From NCBI GenBank assembly GCA_964016885.1, contig OZ024741.1, forward strand, positions 215,450,001 to 215,514,000: a stretch of DNA of 64,000 bases. Reading direction: 5' to 3'. The notes under the pieces are model-generated. The model saw only the letters and a list, made by a program, of their open reading frames with translations, was not told where the DNA came from and made no database searches. Position 1 is the first letter of the stretch, and each line of letters opens with the position of its first letter. The position numbers and the translations under genes are program-made. The DNA comes from Eledone cirrhosa. Lineage: Eukaryota. Shown here one piece after another: positions 55,348 to 64,000 of this stretch.

Positions 55348-55351
55348 ACAG

Positions 55352-55419
<68 letters not shown>

Positions 55420-55534
55420 GTCATATTCCGTTAGATGATACAACTCAGAAAAAATTTCAATCGATTTCCCAAATAATTTTAATAATTCCTTTGTCTGATT
55501 TGATATATTTATAGGTATATATGTATGTATGTAG

Positions 55535-55605
<71 letters not shown>

Positions 55606-55617
55606 TGCCTTAACGTT

Positions 55618-55649
<32 letters not shown>

Positions 55650-55879
55650 TAGAGAGACGCTCCGATATTATATTTAGTTCCTTTGAAACTTTGAAATGGA
55701 ATTTGGTAGATATAACTACATGTTTTGGTGGAACAGAAAATCTACTATCTTAAATCTCAAACTACGTATATATATATCACATCAGATCGTACAATATCTT
55801 GTATGTATATATATATAAATATAAGTATTGAAGTTTCCGTTGAAAATTGAAAAAGTCAGAGGAATGAAGAGTGCTCTAT

Positions 55880-55926
<47 letters not shown>

Positions 55927-55973
55927 GCATACATACATACATACATACATACATACATACATACATACATACA

Positions 55974-56005
<32 letters not shown>

Positions 56006-56843
56006 CGAGGTGTGTCAGAAAAGTTCCAGGACTGATGTTACAAAAGATTTATTTCAAAGCCAAACTTCACACTAAGAGTTTTCTGGAGTATGTAAGGGTA
56101 ATCTTAGCTCTCTGCAGCGATCAAACTTTTTTCTTCTTAATTTTATATACATGTCCTCTGTTTCAGGTCGTCAAGCAATGAGCACAGAGCAACGAACAAA
56201 CTTGAAGTTTCTGGTAGGGTTGGGGAAAACTCCGTCAGAAGCACTGGGATTGCTGCAGCAAGTGTATGGAGATGAGACGATGTTACGCTCACGTGTTTTT
56301 GAGTGGTGCAAGATGACACCAGGAGCGGAAGGCCCTCAACAACCAGGAAACTGGTGCGTAGCGATCGTCGACTGACTGGTCGACTGATGGCAAATGAGCT
56401 GGGCATGAATCGGGACAGCGTCTGGAGATTCTCACTGAAGATTTGGACATGCGCAAAGTATGCGCGAAGATGGTGCCAAAACTGCTGAACGATGACCAGA
56501 AGGGTCGACGCATGCAAGTGTGCCAGGACATCCTCGAGCGTCTTGAAACCGAACCAGACTTGCTAGAGACAGTCATCACCGGTGATGAGTCATGGATCTT
56601 CGAGTACGACCCGGAGAGGATCCGTTTTGAAGACGTGGACGACATCGAAAGGCCGTGACGACGGAACTGCGGAGGATCCCGGAAGAATCCTTCCAGGAGT
56701 GCATGCAAGCGTGGCAGAAAAGGATGGAAAAATGCATTAGACTCCAGGGGGATTACTTTGAAGGAGAAATCTCTTAGTGTGAAGTTTGGGTTTTGAATAA
56801 ATATTTTGCGACATCAGTCCTGGAACTTTTCTGACACACCTCG
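56006..56843 (+). mobile_element. Internally deleted mariner transposon
   Basis: 33-bp perfect TIR cgaggtgtgtcagaaaagttccaggactgatgt with TA on both sides. Transposase pieces MSTEQRTNLKF, RSGRPST, KVCAKMVPKLL, ITGDESWIFEYDPE and WQKRMEKCIRLQGDYFEG; the D34D segment is deleted. Confidence 0.95.
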
Positions 56844-57070
56844 TATATATATATATATATATATAACAACTAGAAATTGATTAACATATAAATAAACATA
56901 TGAAATAAATCACAGGGGATAACTTGTCCAAGTGTGCAAGCACACATAGCTAGGTAGGTAACTAAATAAAGTTAACTAGAACTTCAAAAATAGATAGCTT
57001 ATAAGATGTCTTTCTGGCATGACACCCATAATTTGATTTAGATTAAATTCATTTTGATTTATCTTAATTT

Positions 57071-57118
<48 letters not shown>

Positions 57119-57230
57119 ATATATATATACATATACACGCATACTTACGTACTCAGGCATATATATGTATATATGTTACATATCTACATGAATACATATA
57201 TATATATATATATGTGTGTATTGTTTGTGT

Positions 57231-57291
<61 letters not shown>

Positions 57292-57876
57292 CGTGTGTCT
57301 GTAATCCTGTGTGTGTATGTGTGTGTGTGTGCATCAGTGTATGTGTGTATGTGTGTATGTGTGTATGAACACTGTTCGCTAATAGTACAAGTGTTATATT
57401 TTCTGATGTCCAATGTAAAAAATATATATATTTCAAGATTTATGGAAGTAAACAAATATATCTGAATAAATATTAACGAGAGAAATTTCACTATGACCTA
57501 TTACAATTGATTGATACTATTTATAATCTGTTTACATACACATGGCGCTGATATGACTGTCTTGGTACCGTGTTCGTTTCGAAACCACATTGTTCGGCGT
57601 TTGGGTCTACTGCACAGCCCCTACAGCAAATGTCGTTTGTTGTAATCTCGGTTTCTTCAATGGAATTTCATGAATGGTATTTGGTAGGTGGAATTGTGCG
57701 TAAGATCGCTCTTTTATCATCGTTTTGAGTTGTGTTATAACAGATATTTATGCTGTACTTGCAATTGTTGTTGTGTTTTTGTTGTCTTGTACTTTTTATT
57801 CTTCTTGCTTTTGTTGTTTTTGTTGTTGGTGTTGTTTTGTGTGTTTATCCCCATGCATGTGAAACTATGCGTTTAT

Positions 57877-57926
<50 letters not shown>

Positions 57927-57927
57927 G

Positions 57928-57963
<36 letters not shown>

Positions 57964-58449
57964 TGTATGTCTGTGAGTATATTTGAGTGTGTGCAAATAT
58001 TTGTTTATATGTGAGCATATGTATATATGTTTGTGGATGTGGAAGTGCTCAGACACATAGACAATGGCGCTAAACTACCTCTCTTTAGGCATAGCATCGC
58101 TTTCCTTAATCTAGTAAAGGTATCAAGAAAAGTTGATGTAACCACTGCTTACTCAAACCTGGCAACCCACTGCAGCTATCTACTTATCTAGTAATGCAGT
58201 CCTCAAAACAGATGGACATCCGCCAAATGACTAACATAAAGGTGGTGGACGCACATACCTCGATATCGATGGAGGATATGTTGATACAGAGAGAGAGAGA
58301 GAGAGAGGCACACATATACATTCCTCCCGAATGAAACAGTCCTAGTACTGTAGAGATGTCAACATGAATCCACCTGTTATTTTTATCTAAAGACAATTTT
58401 TCCAATTCCAACCCGCCCGTCCCCTCAGTCTATCTTATTTCTCATTATT

Positions 58450-58485
58450 TCTTCTGGTGAAGGACTAGCGTCCGAAACGTTAAGA
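58450..58485 (+). ncRNA. Minimal hammerhead with A6G core change, probably inactive
   Basis: tctt-CTGGTGA-a-GGAC(tagc)GTCC-GAAA-CG-TT-aaga. Stem I covaries with the copy at 154-187. Confidence 0.65.
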
Positions 58486-58875
58486 CTCACTTCCTGCTAT
58501 ATCAAGGGTTAACCTAATATATCCCTTCCATATACTGTACCGATTGTGTTGTTATTTATGTTTACCTTTTACATATATATTACACTTTCTCTCGACTGAC
58601 CTCTTCCTCGCACTTCCACTCATTCACTCTCTGTTTCTCCCCTTCTCACTTCCTCCCGTTCTTTAGTAGTGGGATTCTTTCTTTCTCACATCTCATTCAC
58701 GTCGAACGGTCTGTTTTTTGACCGCTCATGAAATTCACCCAGCTTATGCTGACCGGATAACCATCATGTTGCTTGCTTTTTTCCTACCTTCGGTTTGCTT
58801 TTCCTTCTATGTTGTTTACTTGTCTCACTCGCTTTACGCGATTCACTTGTCCCAATAGCTTATTTTAGTTATTGC

Positions 58876-58945
58876 TCGCACCAACCTGAGGTATATGATT
58901 TTTAATGCGATGAAATACCAATGATGGTTGGCAAATCACTGATGA
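58876..58945 (+). ncRNA. Candidate non-circularly permuted hammerhead, diverged homologue of 34183-34253
   Basis: tcgca-ccaacc-tga-GGTA-TA-tgattt-ttaa-tgcga-t-GAAA-TACC-aatgat-ggttgg-c-aaatca-CTGATGA. Confidence 0.55.
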
Positions 58946-59020
58946 GGGACTAATTTTATAATATGTAACCCATGTGCAGTATTCCTCTTTCTTCCCATGT
59001 TCTTCCTCTTTCTTCCCATG

Positions 59021-59057
<37 letters not shown>

Positions 59058-59103
59058 AAAAGGAATATAAAATGAAAGTGCCTTTATAAAGGAATTTATT
59101 AGG

Positions 59104-59221
59104 TATTGACATATGTTTCTGTAACAGACGGAATACCTATGTATCACTGCTTGCGTAATCGTATAATGTTAGAAAGTATTCGATAGCAAATGTATAATCA
59201 GTTGTCACTTCTTCAGAGATA
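59104..59221 (-). ncRNA. Hammerhead-like motif with a long stem II insert
   Basis: tatct-CTGAAGA-a-GTGACA...~75 nt...TGTTAC-a-GAAA-CATATG-TC-aata. Stem I is weak. Confidence 0.5.
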
Positions 59222-59695
59222 TTGGATACATTGGAAAAAATCAGAAAAATTGAAGTATTTATATTAGTTGTAAGAAAGGAAGAGAGGGGATAGTATATGA
59301 CAGATGGCAATTCAATTTACTGGTAAACAAGTATATAAGGTTTTTAATGAGAATACAATGAGTATATGGCTTATTTTATCTAAATAAGAATTTTTGGGAG
59401 TGCCTATTTTAATCTATACTTGACCAATTGAACAATGGACCGGGCTGTTCGTTTGGTGTAGTAGTATTAATAGATATAAAGTGTCAATTAAGGAAGAGGG
59501 AGATTTTCACTGCTACTGAATAACAACAATGCTGGTAGCCTGCTGGTATATGCATTAGGGAATTGAATTAAGAAATCTCATTTTATATATAGCAGTTTAT
59601 ATTAAATGGTAAAGAATAGAAGAGTTGATAGAATTAAGACTAATAGAGAATGTTAATATGTATTTTGACAATCAAACGGAGATGGAGACAGGCGT

Positions 59696-60689
59696 TCAAT
59701 CCTGGTAGTGTTTGTAATATGAAAATGTAGATTTCAAGCGATGGTTACAGTATAACGATCGCTCTATTCTGTTATTTAATAAAATATTTTTTGATTTCAT
59801 AATACAAAATAATTCCATATTACACAATTTACAAAATTCCTGTCCGTGGTATTATGCAGGGGCAGAGACTATTATATCCCATTTTAGGTTAAATTGTTGG
59901 TTATTTTCGCGCAGCTGCCAAGCCTTGTCTGCGAGTGTTGTTACATAACGCTGATTTTCATGTTTTATTGAGTAACGATGTCTATAAAGGCGAGATTTGA
60001 AGGAGGTAGCTGTAGACCCCACATAGTACCACTTCTGGCTATCCGATTCGATAGTACATTTGTATATGATGTTGCGTTCAAGACACTGATTGTTCAACGG
60101 ACACATTCCTGGTTGGACACAGTTACAGTTATAATTTTGCGTTGTTGTATTGGCATGGATGGGTTGATGAGTTTGCTTAGGTAGGACGGAATGTTGTTTG
60201 TTGTTTTGTGATGTTATAGCCGATGTTTTACGTGTATTGTTATATGTTGGAAGGCGTTTATACAGCCGTTTTGCGTTAAGCTTTTTTATATGTTGTTCAA
60301 TATTAGGGGCGGTTGAATATGAAAGTCGAATAGTGTTAGGGTTTAAGATTTCATTATATTTATGTGATGTTGGAAAGTGTTTTTTAACTAATCGAAAGAA
60401 TTGTGAGGGTAGATTGATTTTAATAGAGTTGTTATAGACCGGGTTGTACCATATATATTCTTTACATCGCCTTCTGTTTGGTGGTGTGCGACTATTAGTG
60501 TGTCTATTGCGGTAGAGTATGTATGGTGGTGATTCTATGCTATTTCTACCTCTATGAGATTTATTTTGTGTGTTTTGGTGATCGTCGACTATATACTCTA
60601 TATTATCTAGGTGTCCAGCCTTCCTAAGTGCATCATCATAATGTTTGGCATGTTCTTTGAAGGTTTGCTGGTTGGACGACAGGCGGGAG

Positions 60690-60691
<2 letters not shown>
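59696..60691 (-). pseudogene. PLE C-terminal region with GIY-YIG endonuclease and one in-frame TAA (59852-59854)
   Basis: ISRLSSN...IWYNPVYN...IRLSYST...CNC...CPLNNQC...IIYKC...YYVGSTATSFKSRLYRH...LKWDII. After the stop the frame continues YHGQEFCKLCNME...LLNNRIERSLYCNHR. Confidence 0.9.
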
Positions 60692-60755
<64 letters not shown>

Positions 60756-61791
60756 TTGGGATGTTTGCTCCAACTTATATGTATACATATCTTTATGTGA
60801 GGGTTGTATATCAAATAATATACAATAAGTTTACGAATAATCATTTCAAAACATTTAGCTATGAATTTTAATGGTGATTACTGGCGTCATCTACCTTGTT
60901 CCATCAGAACCAAGGGGAAGCAACCGACTGCTCAGTTTCTGTCTATTGTTGCCCCGGTCAACCTCTCCTCTCTTGCTTTCTAATGGAAATCAAATAAGTC
61001 GAAAACATAGTCTTCTAGATTATGTATATGGTCTGATTAGCTTCATTTGCATACTGAATATTAAGCCGGCTCAGCAAAAATAAGAATTAGAATTATGATA
61101 TTCGCTCCGAAATAATTGTATCCATTCATGTATGTGACCTTTGTATATCGAATTGTAGAGCACAGAGTACGTATAGAATTAAATGTACGATATTTAAGTC
61201 GAACAATATGTGACGAAGAGAGTTAGTTAAATCTACGGCCATACTGCCAAAAGAAAGACGCCAACCTTTTGAATTTCACTTTGATATTATTACTACTAAA
61301 TCTCTTTAAAACCATAATTATTTCCAAATATATTTTGAAAGATATAAATATTCTTTGATCAAAAATAGGTTAACATATGTGTTAAAATCGTTATATTTAT
61401 CTAAAAACTTTTTAATGATAATTTTATGCAAAACCTTTGTTTGTTAATTCGTTTATCAAAATCCCGAAAAACCGTTAGAAATACAGTAATAATCCCAAAT
61501 CTCTTAAGATTCCAAAAGTCTTCGATCGTGTCTTTCATTTATCTTATGGTAGAGTTACAGTGAACATTTATTTCAAAGCCACAATTTTATGTAAAACCTT
61601 TTTCAAGATGCCTTCCAAAAGCAGAAGAATAATGAGAACCATACATATAAATACATACATACAGACATAAATATATACATACAGACATAAATATATACAT
61701 ACAGACATAAATACATACATAACATATCCCTTCAAAGTTTCTATTATTTGAAAATAATCAAACCGGAAGCAACAGCAGGACCAGCAGTAAC

Positions 61792-61852
<61 letters not shown>

Positions 61853-62189
61853 CTGGTGGTGGTGGTGTTGGTGGTGGTGAAAGTAGTAGTGATGGTGGTT
61901 GTGGTGGTGATGATAATGGTGGCGGTGGTTAGTTTCCGTCGTTTCTGCTGCTACAACCGTCAACGCCATTGTCGAAAGGCAATGCGAACTTGAGAGGAAG
62001 CGACCATACGTTGCCACCGGAAGTACATATGGAGTATACCAACTTATGCTTCATTAGCTGAAGCACAGAAGTCGGCAATATGGCGGCAAGGTTTTCAACC
62101 ATAGAACTTCCTTTGCTGCTCTCATGCGACACACAAAATCATTCTCTCTACCCCGCCTCACACTCCCTAGCTCTTTCTGTGTAAATAAA

Positions 62190-62712
<523 letters not shown>

Positions 62713-63277
62713 TTGCTTTCTTCTTTATCGAACGTGACACTTTTCCGCTCAAAATAAACAGAAATATTTTCATTCAAATCTAAACGTCTAATGAGTAGAT
62801 CTATACGAGAGTGAGGCCTATCATATCGATTTAGACCCAGAGCCGATCATCTGCAAAACATGTGACTCTTTCTATAATAACTAAAATATTTTAAAGTAAA
62901 ACTCCGTTTTCTCATATGTGATGTAAACATTACACTCCATATCCACGAATACAATTTACTGATACCGTACAGTAATTAATAAACATAACTAAATAACATT
63001 TATATACAGATTTGGTAAAGCTGTAATGAAGTCATGGTTTAGGTACAATAAACAGAATCTCGCTATGAAAGATTTGAGAGGTTATCATGTCACATCTACC
63101 TCAATAGAAATTAAACTAGGAGCCTATATGCTTTTTGCCTTTGAAACAACTGCTGGTAAAGCTCATTTGCATATAGTGCTAAGCTTGGAAGGATTAGCAG
63201 AAAAAACTAACATACCGTGATTCTTAATAGAGGTTCACACACGCGCACACACGCGCACACACACACACACACACACA

Positions 63278-63431
<154 letters not shown>

Positions 63432-64000
63432 ACACAGACACAATCACAGAAACACACAAACACACACATGTACATATATGCATGTTAACGCTTCTGCTAA
63501 TCCTTCCAAACTTTGCGCTATATGCAAATGAGCTTTACCAGTAGATATTTCAAAGGCAAAAACATATAGGCTTCTTGTCTAATTTCGTCTCAGTACTAAG
63601 TAAGTAAACGTCATAGATAAGGGATAAAAATCCACAAACAGGAATCTGGCATTTTCAACGAATACTGAGAGAAGGGAGACGATAGGCCTGATGTAAATAA
63701 ATGGAACAACAACAACACAAACACACAGTGACAATCGAGCGATTGTTATTGTGTGTATATCGTGTCCACCACCCACCGACCGACAGTCAACAGGCACAGA
63801 CTACTATCACAATGTCTGCCACTCACCCCACTATTACACACAGAACGTAAAGATTTGACAGCGATGATGAGTACACACTGACCAACCACCACCCCACTAC
63901 TCTAGTATAAAAGAACTGCTTGGAACTTTATCTGAGTGCAACAATTCCGCTCGCACATGCGCCCGATAGAGTATTTCAGTTGTACCCACACAGTAAACAG

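Larger units (their letters stand above)
59055..60691 (-). mobile_element. 5'-truncated PLE (Hydra-like clade) between two (TA)n tracts
   Basis: Post-RT/linker/GIY-YIG ORF, ~640-nt 3' UTR, HHR-like motif near the 3' end. Confidence 0.88.

Noticed and set aside
58095-58200. IAFLNL...TTAYSNLATHCSYL resembling a PLE RT thumb motif upstream of the 58450 HHR
   Set aside because: Too short and degenerate to call without a profile search.
59852-59854. In-frame stop in the PLE ORF as possible selenocysteine recoding
   Set aside because: The codon is TAA, not TGA, and sits where a Tyr is expected, so it is a simple nonsense mutation.

Overview
AT-rich, microsatellite-dense animal DNA with no recognisable host protein-coding gene. 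The tRNA-derived SINE family and repeat landscape suggest a cephalopod such as Octopus (inference). Most ORF-track entries are microsatellite read-throughs. Real coding content is all transposon-derived: a near full-length but disabled Tx1/L1-clade LINE (22.3-28.3 kb), three 5'-truncated Penelope-like elements (PLEs; 16.3-18.6, 32.7-34.1 and 59.1-60.7 kb), 3' fragments of R4/Dong, RTE and CRE-like LINEs, and an internally deleted mariner. There are also piggyBac-like MITEs and more than 12 SINE copies. The main hidden layer is RNA. About ten families of short, mostly (TA)n-embedded elements carry type I hammerhead ribozyme (HHR) motifs, several with non-canonical cores (U3-A8 swap, U4A). Several elements have a retrozyme-like direct-repeat layout with predicted 442-593 nt units. 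One family pair (34.2 kb minus, 58.9 kb plus) has the three hammerhead strands in reversed, non-circularly permuted order with covarying helices, and is the best candidate for something undescribed. All RNA structures were paired by eye and are untested.
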